From Parasitella parasitica NRRL 2501 (taxonomy: Eukaryota > Fungi > Mucoromycota), in contig MU619241.1 of the NCBI GenBank assembly GCA_025201805.1, positions 191,947 through 255,946 on the forward strand: DNA of 64,000 nt, given 5' to 3'. A model generated the notes under the pieces. The model searched no databases, was not told the origin of the DNA, and was given only the letters and a program-made list of their open reading frames with translations. A program made the position numbers and the translations under genes. Shown piece by piece: positions 16,328-29,438 of the stretch. Positions within the stretch are counted from its first letter, which is position 1. The number at the start of each line of letters is the position of its first letter.

Positions 16328-17347
16328 ATGCCAAGCGTCTTACACCTTGTAGCCTATGGAGCAACTGGCCTTGCATTTTGCTTTGTTGTTCTTAGTTTAG
16401 GTAATTTAAAATATTATAGGGTTGGATAATCGGTGGTGATTAATATCGTTGAAACTAGCTTGTGGCCTTTACTACCTCGCTGAACTGGTATGATTTTATT
16501 CGATAGAGATAAGTTTTTACAAGCTGATATCTCGTTTACAGGTTGAAGAATACTCTGTGTATACGAAAAAAGTGATCAAGTGGATGACAGCTGTAAGAGA
16601 CTGATATGTTGCAATAGCAACCAACCTTATTAACGTGTCAAATAGTGTATAATTTCGTTGCATGTCTTGTTTTGGATATTTGATGGGTTGCCATTCTTTC
16701 ATCTGGCATTTTCTATCTTCTCCCATTGTGTCTATAGTTTGAATCTCAAGAATTTTCCCTTTATCAGCTTAACGAGCATTCCATTCCTCAGTAGTTGTGG
16801 TAAATTTTGCGTATGCAGCATGATCTTGTACCAAAATTTAAAGCGTTTTCCTAGTTCTTGTCTTTGCCGATCATTTCTTGTGGTTCAATTACTTTACTAA
16901 ACATTACAAGCCGTTTATGGACATTGCTGCGTTTTTTGGCTTGTGTGTATGGCTTGTACCTTTTGCTTATTTTATAAGTTTAAGTGCAAACGATAACGCT
17001 TTGCCTACAAGTGGTAAATTTGTGAACGTCAAGCCAGTCATAAATCGAAATGAAAAAGACTAAATGAATGCTGTATAGATCATGCATTTGTTGATGCAAT
17101 CCCAAATCAACAAAAACAAGGATTAATGAAGACTTTATTGAGCGTAATCGGTATTAAAACGCAAGATACGTCGATGCCAACAATGTCAGCAGCAGGAGCA
17201 GTAGCAACGCAGTCTAACTTCAATTCTACAGCATACACATCACCTACACATTCATCGTCTTATGGTCAATCACCTTCAAATGTAGGTGCAGCATCCGGAC
17301 TTCATTATTCACCATCAAAAAATATTCAAAATAGAAAAGCATTATAA
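16328..17347 (+). CDS. SVP26: Svp26/TEX261 (Erv26-domain) ER-Golgi membrane adaptor, multi-exon
   Basis: LSLACGLYYLAELVEEYSVYTKKVI, ADHFLWFNYF and FFGLCVWLVPFAYFISLSANDNALP reconstructed over short introns. Confidence 0.85.
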
Positions 17348-17384
17348 GATTCCGGGAAACGATATTAATAAAATAGTCTATATA

Positions 17385-19031
17385 CACCTTTTCTCAAAAT
17401 GATGTCGCACAATAAAAATTTAAGTTGTCGCACTTTTTTGAAAAAAGATGACGTATTTCCGAGAAAAAAAGTGTCGCACTTTCAAGAAAAAATATGTCGC
17501 ACTTTTCAGAAAAAAGATGTCGCATTTTTAGGGGAAAAAGATGTCGCCTAAATTTCAGTACTTTTTTTTCTTGAAGTACATTTACAATGAGCTATTCATT
17601 TTATTTTGAGGATGGACAAGGAAATGTCATGGATGAGGATGGAAATGACCCAATGGATATCACTGGGAATGATGATCCGTACAAGTTAGAGGAACTTGCA
17701 TCCTATAGCGCTTATATCGAGGCTAGAGAGAAAGGGATGATGGAAGTTGATCAGGATTCAACCTTTTTGGAACACAAAGCTACCAAAAATAAAAAAACTG
17801 ATTCCAAAGAGGCAAAAAATAACATTATCAAGAACAAACGAGTCAGTAATGAAGTTAAGGCACATGCCGTTCACTTGGTTGATATACACCCAAAGAATAG
17901 CGCTAGAGCAGTCGCTCTGGATTTGGGCTTAGAACCAAGAAGTTTACAACGGTGGTATAGTATCTGGAAGAAAGACCCAGACTCTTTGTTCAAAATTATT
18001 GGCCGACCAAGAATTATTGAAGCAGAAGGTGAATTGGCAGAAGCAACGAGGAACGCTGTTACAGAGTTTTATTACAAGCAGCCAACCGCCACAGCTGACC
18101 AGCTACTTGATCGATTGACTAGTACTTTTGAGGGTTTATCGCTTTCGAAACCCACACTGTATCGTTATTTGAATGATCTTTGGATTTNNNNNNNNNNNNN
18201 NNNNNNNNNNNNNNNNNNNNNNNNNNNNNNNNNNNNNNNNNNNNNNNNNNNNNNNNNNNNNNNNNNNNNNNNNNNNNNNNNNNNNNNNNNNNNNNNNNNN
18301 NNNNNNNNNNNNNNNNNNNNNNNNNNNNNNNNNNNNNNNNNNNNNNNNNNNNNNNNNNNNNNNNNNNNNNNNNNNNNNNNNNNNNNNNNNNNNNNNNNNN
18401 NNNNNNNNNNNNNNNNNNNNNNNNNNNNNNNNNNNNNNNNNNNNNNNNNNNNNNNNNNNNNNNNNNNNNNNNNNNNNNNNNNNNNNNNNNNNNNNNNNNN
18501 NNNNNNNNNNNNATTGATGATATTCTCGAAGAGATGGATAAATATCCTGAAATGAAGGGCCACTACTTGTTGATGGACAATGCTCCCATCCACACATCTA
18601 AGTTGATTAGAGTTGCTATTGAGTCTCGTGGGTATAAATGTATCTATTTACCACCCTACTCTCCTGAGCTAAATCCAATCGAACAATTTTGGTCAGTTGT
18701 CAAGAGTGGTGTTAAAAGGGAGTTTATTCTCAAGAAAGACACGCTTCCTGCTAAGATTGGCGATGCTTGCAACGGTGTATTGCCATCATCCTTCGAAGGC
18801 TTCGCTCGTTATTCTGTGAGACGTTTTGATGACTGTTTGAATTGTCTTCCTATTTAATAAAAATGCGATGCGCCATCTTTTTCCCTGAAAATGCGACATC
18901 TTTTTTCTGAAAAGTGCGACATATTTTTTCTTGAAAGTGCGACACTTTTTTTCTCGGAAATACGTCATCTTTTTTCAAAAAAGTGCGACAACTTAAATTT
19001 TTATTGTGCGACATCATTTTGAGAAAAGGTG
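17385..19031 (+). mobile_element. Tc1/mariner (DD34E) DNA transposon with ~160-bp TIRs and TA target duplication
   Basis: TA|CACCTTTTCTCAAAATGATGTCGCAC...GTGCGACATCATTTTGAGAAAAGGTG|TA. The two TIRs are identical over about the first 144 bp and enclose a transposase ORF. Confidence 0.95.
17587..18857 (+). CDS. Tc1-like DDE transposase (middle hidden by N-gap 18188-18512)
   Basis: N-terminal HTH-like region (SARAVALDLGLEPRSLQRW..GRPR). C-terminal LLMDNAPIH...YLPPYSPELNPIEQFW has exactly 34 residues between D and E. Confidence 0.9.
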
Positions 19032-19105
19032 TATGTACAAATTTTAGATCTAAACACTTGCAAAACACTTTTTTTTATTTCATCTATTTACTTGATCATA
19101 TTAGT

Positions 19106-21760
19106 TTACAGTACATGTAAAGCACATGCGATCAATTGATTTCCACGAGATCCAAGAGCATCTACTGAAATTGCAGTGATTGTCGGAACAGTTTTTGAAT
19201 ACTTGCGGATTTCTGTATTTAATAAATTTCTGCAGGCTAGGCTTGTCATGCTTAAACTATCGCAGTAAAATGCTCTAACGGAGAGAACATGTTCCCACTT
19301 CTTTTTCGCTTGGATCAATGCCTCATTCATGCTTGATACAAATCTTTCCAGGCTGGGATCGTCTAATATTATATGCATAATACAAACATGAGTTTCGGCT
19401 CACATCCTCATGTGAAGAGAGTTACCTGATGATGATTGTGCAACAATGCTGGTAACATTGCTCTTGCAAAAAACTTTGCACGACATCTCATCAATTTTAC
19501 TAGTTTCTAGATTTCTTCCTGTAAATATTTCTCAATGCTTTACAACTTTTACAGTACTAACCAAAGCAACCCTCTCTTACTTGCAACGCTCTCATCCGTC
19601 TGATGGTGGCTTCGTCTTCTTCTTCAGAGGTATCCTCATATTCTTGTTCATAAGGTATTGGTAGAGGTGTATCTAGCATTACTTGCCATTCTACCATGGC
19701 ACCTCGAGGGAGAGATGGAATAGCGATATATAACGTTGGAGGAGGTGCGCTGTCCATGTAAGTATCCCAAGCAGCTTGCGCCAAGGGTAACGAGCTGGGA
19801 TCACTAACATAGCAATGGCACAGAGCCACATGCGATTTTAAAGGTAAATTCAACGCTGAAACAACTTTTTCCAAGTTGCGTAAAGATAAGGCTGCTTCTT
19901 GGGCAAATGATTTAGGAGATGGGAGTTCTAACGTATTCGGTATAAGACCAATTTGGCCTGCGATAAATGCTTGCCCTTGATTCTACACATGAAAGAAAGG
20001 GCAATCAGTAGCGTAAGCACAATCGAATAGCAAACGCATCTTACAACAACGCTTTGCGAATAAGGTCCAATGTTGGCAGGAGCCCAGTAGGATATACCTT
20101 GGACATGCATCGTATCTCTCTTGACATTTTTGATAGCTTTAATTGCTGTGAGGTCAATTTGCAGATTGGCTTGACCTTTCAAATTAGCTCCAACCAGTGC
20201 TCTGTAAAAATAGTATTAGAGTATAGCTTGCAATTGACGTCTTTTTCATACCTTGGAGAGGGATTGATATCGAAAAATGTTTTATATATTGCATTAATAC
20301 GGCCAAAATCATCCATATTAGTGACAAATACATTCATAGTAACTACGTCCTCCCATTTCAGGTTCTTCTCAAAAAGTTTGCTCTGCACAGCTTCCATGCA
20401 CGCTTGAGTTTCTTCTTCGATGCTTTCGAAACGTTTAGTACTATCCAGATCATATGCGGTTGTTCCACTAATAGCAAAAAAAGGAGTAAGATCATTTACT
20501 GCCGGTTGCTCTGTCGTGCTGGGAGACGATTCCATATATGATGCCATCTTTGGCGTTGCTAAAGGCGTCTTTTCCGCATTCTCTACTGCCACAACAATAT
20601 CATCATAAGACTCCCAATCTTTCCAGCTTTGAATCACTACATGGCTCATATCTTTTTCTTCAGCGGTTTTATCTACAAGTGTGCATTTTTTGAACTTTAA
20701 ATAGGCAACTGAAGCAAGTAAATCATCACGATCCACGATCGTCTCTGTTTCCTCACTATCAGACCACATTAGTATCGAGTACAGAGTCTCCACAATATGG
20801 CCATCTTACACTACAATCCTCTTTTTGAACAATGGACAATCAATAGTGAACGTTTCGTATTCTCCTCCTTCACCACAAATGTGCACGTCGTACATGTCAT
20901 TCTAATTTTTACCATTAAACACATTTCTCTTGCGAGGGAGGTTATATTTACCAATTCACATAAATGGGGGTACATTTGCCCGATGGATTTCCCAAGATGA
21001 GCTGGCTTAAGCCCAAATGCTGCAATTTTGATCAGAATAGCATTTATGCCTGCATTTACCATTTCATAAAGTAGCTCCTTTTGGTCTCTTCTCCATAAAT
21101 ATGCAATTGAAGTCAAACCTAATCGAGCACACCTAAAATGAAAGCATGACTAAGGGGATCTCCCTCTTTTGGTAGTATACTACCTACACATGCTCTACTC
21201 GAATTCTTTGGTAATTGGATAGAATGGCACCTACAGAGACCCCCTTGATATCAGGATGGTCTTTCTATACATCAATCAGTGTGGCTGTTCAGTTCCCCTC
21301 GCTCTCCTCCCTTACCAAAACATCTTTCAATAGCATAAACAAATCTTCAGTTTCATCGTTGGCTGTTACTGTATAATAATAATCTAAAAGAACAGAACTG
21401 CCGATGATTTCTCGTCTGTATAGTGGCACTTGCATGCATTCAGAGTAGAAATGAATAGCATCATGGCCTACCGTTTGATACATATAACTATCCAATTCAT
21501 CTATTAAATGTTAAAACAAAAATCCCCCTTAAATACGATATTATATGGAATCTCCTCACCTTTTCCTGATTCGATTGGAGGCTTCAAGTTGGCAATGGCA
21601 GCAATCTCATGACCATTGGCGACACACTGCATCATGTTATAACAACTATCTTTGCCACCACTTTTTTTTTAAAAAAAAAAAAAAACTTTGAATACGATAA
21701 TCGAGTTCATTCAAATATCCAAATATCAAGAGTCTACCTTACTAAAGCAACAATCTTCAT
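19106..21760 (-). CDS. DPH6: Diphthine-ammonia ligase with C-terminal YjgF/RidA-like domains, multi-exon
   Basis: [72 protein letters not shown] and [11 protein letters not shown]. Confidence 0.92.
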
Positions 21761-22243
21761 AACTGTCAAAATAGAGAGAGAGAGCTTTCGTTGATTGATA
21801 AATGCAAGAGAAAAAAAGTTTTGCAAGAAGTTTAATGCCCATCTTTGGAGGCTTGGCCAATCACTGTTTACAAGAAGCTCACCTATTTTGGATCGAAAAT
21901 AAGAATGGACTGTAACAGGCGTTTGCTTTCCAACTAAATAATTTTGTAGCATGAATATTGCAAATTAGCTTTTAAAAAAGGCCACGATGAACATTTTACC
22001 CACTTTAAGCACTTCAAAGCATAGCAAACTGTCCCCTCGATTTCATAGCTTTAAATGCAATGCCCAACCTAAGCAAGTTGATTATGGAATTTCATACTAA
22101 AATGTTGCCTACATTCAATAGAGTGTTCTACAAAATGAATAATTTTATTTTAAAACAAAGGTAAAGTCGGGTTGATAGTTGGTTGTTGATATTGTTAATG
22201 TTGATGTAAGTACAATAGTGAAAAAAAGGGGTGTATATTAAAT

Positions 22244-24044
22244 TTAGTCATCCTCATCCCAATGGCCATCCTTCTTGAGTGGTTTAGGGCCACCGGCAGG
22301 CTTAGACATGATGATTTGATCAACTCGGAGAACAGTTATCGCTGCATCGGCGGCCAGTTTATAAGCGCTGTATTTGGAAGCAAGAGAGTCAAAAATGTTT
22401 GCCTTGGAAGCATCCAAAGTGCCATCATTTTCATTTTCGACATCAACGCCAATAGATAAACCAGCATCGCCCTCTTGATAATGAGCAGCATACAAACGAG
22501 ACAATACTGCGGTTGCATCCATACCAGCATTCTCACACAGAGTACGAGGAACAACTTCTAATGCTTCAGCAAACTTTTTGATGGCATGTTGGTTCAAACC
22601 AGGAGTCTTGGCAGCAACAAGTTGAAGACGTTTATTCAACTCCATCTCAATAGCACCAGCACCGGCCAAAAGGAGAGGGTTACGAGTAGCAGCCTTGATC
22701 ATATTGACACCATCATCTACAGCACGCTCGATGTCATCCATGTGGTTTTGTGTAGCACCACGGATGACAATAGTGGTTGTACGTGATTTGTCTGACTCTT
22801 CTTGACGGAAAACAGTGACACGATCAGAGCCGATTTCAACTGTCTCGACAATATCACATTGACCCATCTCCTCAGCCATAGGTGTGCCTAAACGAGCAAG
22901 CGCAGTAGCGCCAATAACACGACAAAGACGACGCAAATCAAACTTGGAAAGAACCTTGACAGCCATAATGTTGTATCTATTCAAATAATGAAGAGCAAGC
23001 TCGCCAATACCATTGCCAGTGACGACAACCTTGACGCCTGCTTCAGCTAAATCTTCAAAGATCTTTTCGACTTGCTTTTCCTCATCTTTGCTAAAGTTCA
23101 ACATTTCTTTGGCATTGTGTATCAAGACAGTACCCTTGGTTTCCGTTTGCGAAATGTCTAAAGGACAAGTGAAAACAGCAACCTTGGCGTTGGTAGCATT
23201 TTGGATAAGACCTTCAGGCTCACGACCAAACACCATACCACGGACAACACGAGATTCATGAATGCTGGAACCCATTACCTTTACAACACGGACATTATCA
23301 ACATTGAAATCTTTGGGGTTCTTGGGCATAATGTTCAAAGCTGCTTCAACAACTAAATCTCCCAAATATTCCTCATAACCATATTGCTTTGAGGAAATGG
23401 TGGCCTTGATAGTCTTTAAAAGCTGATCGCGATCTGTTAAAGATTCAATCTTACTGACAGATAATTCTAATAGAATTCTGTGAGTACAGGCACGTTTTTG
23501 CAGTGTTAAAACATACCTTCAATGATGGATAAAGCACGGTCTCTGGCCAACTCATAGCCTTGAACAATTTCAGAGGGATGGAGACCGAGTTTCAGGAGAT
23601 CAGCAGCCTTTTGCAAAAGCTCGCCAGCAAATACAATAACCAAGTTGGTGTTGTCGCCCAACTCACTTTCTTGTTGCTGTGATGCCATGACCATTAACTT
23701 GGCAGCAGGATGAACGACATCTAGTTCACGGATTATAGTAGCAGCGTCGTTTGTTACAAACAATTTCTCGAGATGATTGATAATCATCTTATTACGGCCT
23801 GATAATTAAGGTTAGCCATCTGGTATATAACATGAGCTTGCTCTTACCATTGGGGCCCATGGAAGTTCTAACAACTTCAGAGAGTTCGTGAGTGGCATCG
23901 ATATTACGAAGAACAGCCTCGTCGACACCTTGTTGGAACTAGAGACATGTCAGTAAACAGGTTATAACAATTTCGCACCCAAAATACCTTGTAACCATCC
24001 TTGAAGAGTTGGGGAAGAGTGCTTTTAGGTACACGCAAGGCCAT
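22244..24044 (-). CDS. CCT8: T-complex protein 1 subunit theta (CCT chaperonin), multi-exon
   Basis: MALRVPK, TSMGPNGRNKMIINHLEKLFVTNDAATI, GDNTN, NVDNVRVVK, and C-terminal VDQIIMSKPAGGPK..WDEDD*. Confidence 0.96.
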
Positions 24045-24837
24045 ATTGATCTGATTAAACGCGTTTAAAAGAGTTGAAAAAATACAATCAAAAATTTATT
24101 CCAGGAGTTTCTTTTTTAAACCTGTCAAGAGGGAGGGAATAGCTAGTCCGATGCCATGCTCGACGTCATGCTTGTATTGTACAGTACAATACACTCATCC
24201 AGGTACAGGAACCAGGACATACTATAGTAATCCTCTTCCCAATCGTTGACTGATTGGCCCACGCACTTGCATACATTTAAATCTCTCTTCTTTGTTTATG
24301 AAAATATAATGCTTGAATCATCGCTCACCAATGTTTAAAATAGTGATGTTAAATTACTAACAATGCACTGTTTGGTGAAAGGTTGCATCCTGAAAGTTGC
24401 ATAAAACAGAAAGCCATATAATAGTATTGTCAAATGGCTAACAAAGATGACGTTTGTATCGATGCCCATCAAACGATTGGAAATTTAAATAGACGGACCC
24501 TGCCCAGAAAAGAGATTCTTTGATCATTGATTGATGATCAGAGAACTATTTGCATCAAGTATATTTCCCATGCTGTACAGCCAAGACATGAAAATATGTG
24601 TTATGAGAAAAGGTGATTTGAGTAGACTACAATTGTCGACAAGTTCTCTTTCATTTCAGAAATTACATATGCGAAAGTGGCATACGATAACCATGGTGAA
24701 AACTTGAAATTGGTTCGCATTTTGCTTGGTGTATAGACCTCACAAAAAAAAAGCTGCATCACATTTGGCCATCTTTTTTTTTTAGTAAATCAATAATGAA
24801 TAAGCATCACTATTACTCTAATCAATGATAAATATGA

Positions 24838-26171
24838 CAAATAGGTTTTATGTTTTAATTTGTTTTATTCGTAGTTCTATTCATCCGGGGGAAAAGGTAC
24901 ACTGAAGAAATACTTACAGAAGACAACACCATAAAAAATTAAAGAATACAACACATACGCACACACACACACACGCACACACACACACACACAAGACCAC
25001 TGAAAACACACGACAATTGAAAACATTAAATAACACAAACCCAAGAAGACGAGAAGACGAGAAGCTTAGGAGTGCCTTTAAAAACCCCCGGGAAGAAGAA
25101 TAACACCAAAACTTGACTACGCATGAGAGAGAGAGAACCATCTACGGTGAAATACTGCTGTTAGTATCAAATATCAAAATAAAAATGTGATTATACTTAC
25201 GAGAATCTAGAAAATGAAAAGAAAAGGTTGTTTTTTTTTAGCAGATGAGTAAAAGGAATCCTCCTTTATACTTTTATCTCTAGGTCTAGGCTATCAATCC
25301 TGATCAGTTTGAAAAAAAGTGAGGCGTAAAAAATGGTTTACTGGATTTTCGCAAGATATTCCAGTCTGCTTGTGATGCGATTAACACCATTAAATTCCTT
25401 GAAAAATTTACTACAATCTGATGGGTAGCNNNNNNNNNNNNNNNNNNNNNNNNNNNNNNNNNNNNNNNNNNNNNNNNNNNNNNNNNNNNNNNNNNNNNNN
25501 NNNNNNNNNNNNNNNNNNNNNNNNNNNNNNNNNNNNNNNNNNNNNNNNNNNNNNNNNNNNNNNNNNNNNNNNNNNNNNNNNNNNNNNNNNNNNNNNNNNN
25601 NNNNNNNNNNNNNNNNNNNNNNNNNNNNNNNNNNNNNNNNNNNNNNNNNNNNNNNNNNNNNNNNNNNNNNNNNNNNNNNNNNNNNNNNNNNNNNNNNNNN
25701 NNNNNNNNNNNNNNNNNNNNNNNNNNNNNNNNNNNNNNNNNNNNNNNNNNNNNNNNNNNNNNNNNNNNNNNNNNNNNNNNNNNNNNNNNNNNNNNNNNNN
25801 NNNNNNNNNNNNNNNNNNNNNNNNNNNNNNNNNNNNNNNNNNNNNNNNNNNNNNNNNNNNNNNNNNNNNNNNNNNNNNNNNNNNNNNNNNNNNNNNNNNN
25901 NNNNNNNNNNNNNNNNNNNNNNNNNNNNNNNNNNNNNNNNNNNNNNNNNNNNNNNNNNNNNNNNNNNNNNNNNNNNNNNNNNNNNNNNNTTTCCTTTGTA
26001 ACACAGTTTCAATAATCCTGTTTATGGAAAATGTAAAGATGCTTCTCAAGTAAAACTAAAGCAAGTACACCCAAGGCAAGTACACCCAAGCCAAGTAAAC
26101 GATGAATTACATACTCTTTATGTATAAAAGTAAACAAATAGAGGTAGTGCAAAAAAAAAAAAAAAAAAAAA
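24838..26171. repeat. Copy A of a composite repeat arm (AT-rich end, IR-(CA)n-IR module, one partial ~112-bp unit, unique segment, N-gap, poly-A)
   Basis: 24841-25205 matches 60541-60975 in direct orientation; about 25133-25429 is the near-identical reverse complement of 63634-63931. Confidence 0.85.
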
Positions 26172-26448
26172 GTATTGGGAACCAAGGTTAGTATTGCCAG
26201 TTTTACATTATAGTACCGTTTTACATAAACCAGTTTAAAGTAGTGTGTCACGTATGTTTGCATGAATTAACTGAATACTTGGTTTTCAATATGCATGAAA
26301 CACTAAAAGGCATGTAGCTAAATCAATCCAAGGTAATTTTTTTTTTATGTTCATGTTTTTTTCATGTTTATGTTCATGTGGATAAAAGTGAGTATTGTAC
26401 AATTTATTCATGCGAAATAGAAAAATTCTAATGTGTCTATATTTTGAT

Positions 26449-26720
26449 TCAAGAGGAAGCTTGGGCTGCAGCTTGAGCACCAGCAAAAGAATCCATAATG
26501 TGAGCAAAAAAAGCAGCCATACCGTTGATATCCTTGCGCCAATCACGACCTAACTCGCAAGCAACATCATACCAGTTCATGTGTTGAACTCTTTCTTTTT
26601 GCATTTTCAAACAAAAATGTCTTGGGGAAAACATTGCGAGATTAGTGGCAACAAGGCACAAAAGTAACGCTGAAACCATTGCCAATACCTGAAAAATCTG
26701 TATCAGTCTCCTGAATGGAT
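26449..26720 (-). pseudogene. Decayed 3' fragment of the YcaC-like isochorismatase gene
   Basis: MNWYDVACELGRDWRKDINGMAAFFAHIMDSFAGAQAAAQASS* matches 62366-62520 with a 21-nt deletion. The 3' flank 26172-26448 also matches 62131-62365. The 5' part is heavily eroded and no exon 1 is seen. Confidence 0.85.
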
Positions 26721-29438
26721 AATAAGTATGAGTATGTCATAACTGTTGAAACCTCATAAGAAAAAGGCCAAATAAATCTGGCAAATTTTGATCAAGCCTA
26801 ACCATTTAAAAAGATTTGGACGCAAAATCTTGATATCAGGAAGCATGAGACTTTAATAACTACTTTTAAGAAAGACAACCAAAATGGCGGGGATGCTAAA
26901 GTTTTAATATCCTTAAAAAATCCGTAGCATTGATCAGGTTAGTAGATACATATATATATATGGGTAATAAAAACTTGGTACATTTGGCAATTGTGTGTTG
27001 AGCTCGCACACTGCATATTTCAGTACTCACTTCTTTGGACGTGTGGCTATATTAAGCATGGGTTTTTGTGAGCAATATTCGATCGTTTGTCAGACTCAAA
27101 CCCTATGTTGAATGTGTGGCCAGTAATTCTAACATTTCATACATTTGCATAGCTAATAAGCGATTTGACAAAATGATTCTGGCCCTCCTCTCACATGTTT
27201 TGACAAAATAGACTAGAGACTTACATAACGTTCCTTGAAAAAAATAAAAAAAAGGTAGCAGTATATTCTAATCGCTGACACATAGAGGCAGTAAGTAGAA
27301 ACCATCACTGTTCGAGCTTTTGCGCCGATCGAGGGGTTGGACCTTTTCCATGAGGCGACGATCCGGGGCTTCCTTTCATGCTCATCTATCAAAGGTTGAT
27401 TTATTACTGCTAATTTTTAAAGTTAAGCATGCACTACAGCTATGGGATCAAACTTTATCTCATATTCAGTTAACCGGAGAAGCCTATTTATGGCGAGGTT
27501 GCAGAAATCAAGGAAATTCAAGAAGTGGCCTCCTTCTCCCGCCTTGGACCTTCGGTAAATATTCTTGATAAAAAACAAAAAAAAAGGAGAAATGACCAAA
27601 AAATCATGCCACTTTTTTTCATATCCTGTCCCATGCTTTGTATTAAAAGAACAAGGGATTGCTTCTAAATGCATGAAGGATTGCTAGAAAAAAAATCCCT
27701 TGCTTTCATTTTATATGAGGGGCAAGTCGGCTAAGGGGAGATATTTTGGTAACAACTCACGTCCTTTTTTCGTGTAAATTGCTGGAAGCCTATGATTTTT
27801 AGCACAGATACTATCTTAAATTTTAAAGTAAACAACTATAAATTCCTATAACAACGACTGCTACTTGGCTGATGCTGTTAGGTATTGGTATGGCCATAAG
27901 CTCGGGCAGTTGATTGTTGTGATCCAAATGCAAGCAATCGGTTTTGTAGCCTTAATTAAGCAAAGGACTTGTTGCGATATTGTATATATGCAGGATAGCT
28001 TGTCTTTTAGAAATATCATGGAATCACCCTTCTTAAAACGTCATTTTCATGTTGTATACATCAAAATGTATGACAAATAATTAGTAATCGGTCGTCTCGC
28101 TTGAAGGACTACTCCTTGCCTTGCTAAATGATTCCTCGTTGACACCTCCCTTGAGTTATGTTTAGGAGAAAACGTAGCTTTTATCGAATCGAAAGGGACA
28201 CTGAAACAATGCTTATTATGTCTGTATATCTTAGGGAACATTATTTAAATATGTGTAGATGCATGTATATTCTGCTTGGCTAATCTTCGAGTAAGGCATA
28301 TATCAATCACACTGCAACTCCCACAAACAGGCGCGCAAGATATGATCAAGCTATAGCATAGCGGAAAACTCACCCGGAAATTAGTTGACAAATAATTTAC
28401 ATTAACAAGACAATCTCTTTTCAGGAGACAGGCAGAGAGAAGCAAGTAGGGAACAAGTCGCTTCCAGATGACAAGGAGTATAGCGGATGATTCATTAAAT
28501 TAAAAAAGAACTATAATGTTTAACCGCAAAACACAAGAAATGTTTGATTTGTTGTTTGCATGCTATAAGCCATAGGGAGACAATGGCAAGGTTTATAATG
28601 AAATGGGTATATAAATACATGCAAAACAGGGGCAGACTATCACAAAGTTTATCCAGTCCTGTAGAGAGATTCTCCTAAAAAGCACTGAAGTGGTTTTCAA
28701 ATGGCACAATGTCTTAATTATGGTTAAAGCAATTTGGCATGTTTGTAAAAATAAAAAATAAAAAAACACACTTTTGACGCACAGATAGTATGTCAATTAC
28801 TAATTTTCACGATAAGCTTGGTTTGCTTCTGTCTCTGGCTTTGCTTCCTCCTCGCGTCTCCTTTCTTTTGCTCTCATGTGCAAAGCTAAAACTCTCTGAT
28901 CCGACATAGCTACTTGCCAGCTTATCGTGAACGCCCTTTTGCGCCATAATAGTTACATATTCTCTTTTAAGTTGCATGTTTACATATACCATGTGCAAAC
29001 CATAAAAAAAAAAACGCTGCTCAATCACTCTACATACTACATTTGTATCGCATACATACTTTTTTTCGGTTTTAAGCCATGAATATATACCTGACGACCA
29101 TTGCATTTTTACGGGCTCTTGATAAAATAGGTAATAAAAATGAGATTTATTCTATTCTATCCCTCTTTATGTTTCTACGCCCCTGCATTGCACACGAATG
29201 ACTACAAAAATACGTAAAAAGAAGACATGTATTTGCTGACTCCGTTAAACATCAATACTATCATCAACGCAGGAAAAAAAAAAAAAACTATTTAACTATA
29301 CCATAATAAACTAGAAATTTCGTCTCTCTCTTTTTTTCTTCTTTTGTCGTTGCATCATTTCACTTGATATCTTCCCTTTTTGCTCTGTATATTAAGAAAT
29401 CTATATAACCACCCTATACCCATTATTGTTGTCAAAAT

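Noticed and set aside
17385-17548. Regularly spaced short repeats resembling a CRISPR array
   Set aside because: The spacers are short A/T tracts and the array is mirrored at 18871-19031; it is a transposon TIR in a eukaryote, with no cas genes.
18188-18512. Frame change between the two transposase halves
   Set aside because: It falls across an N-gap of estimated length, so it is not evidence of a frameshift.
27300-27680. GC-richer island as possible ncRNA or small gene
   Set aside because: No snRNA, snoRNA or tRNA motifs recognised; frames are broken; likely an unclassified relic.
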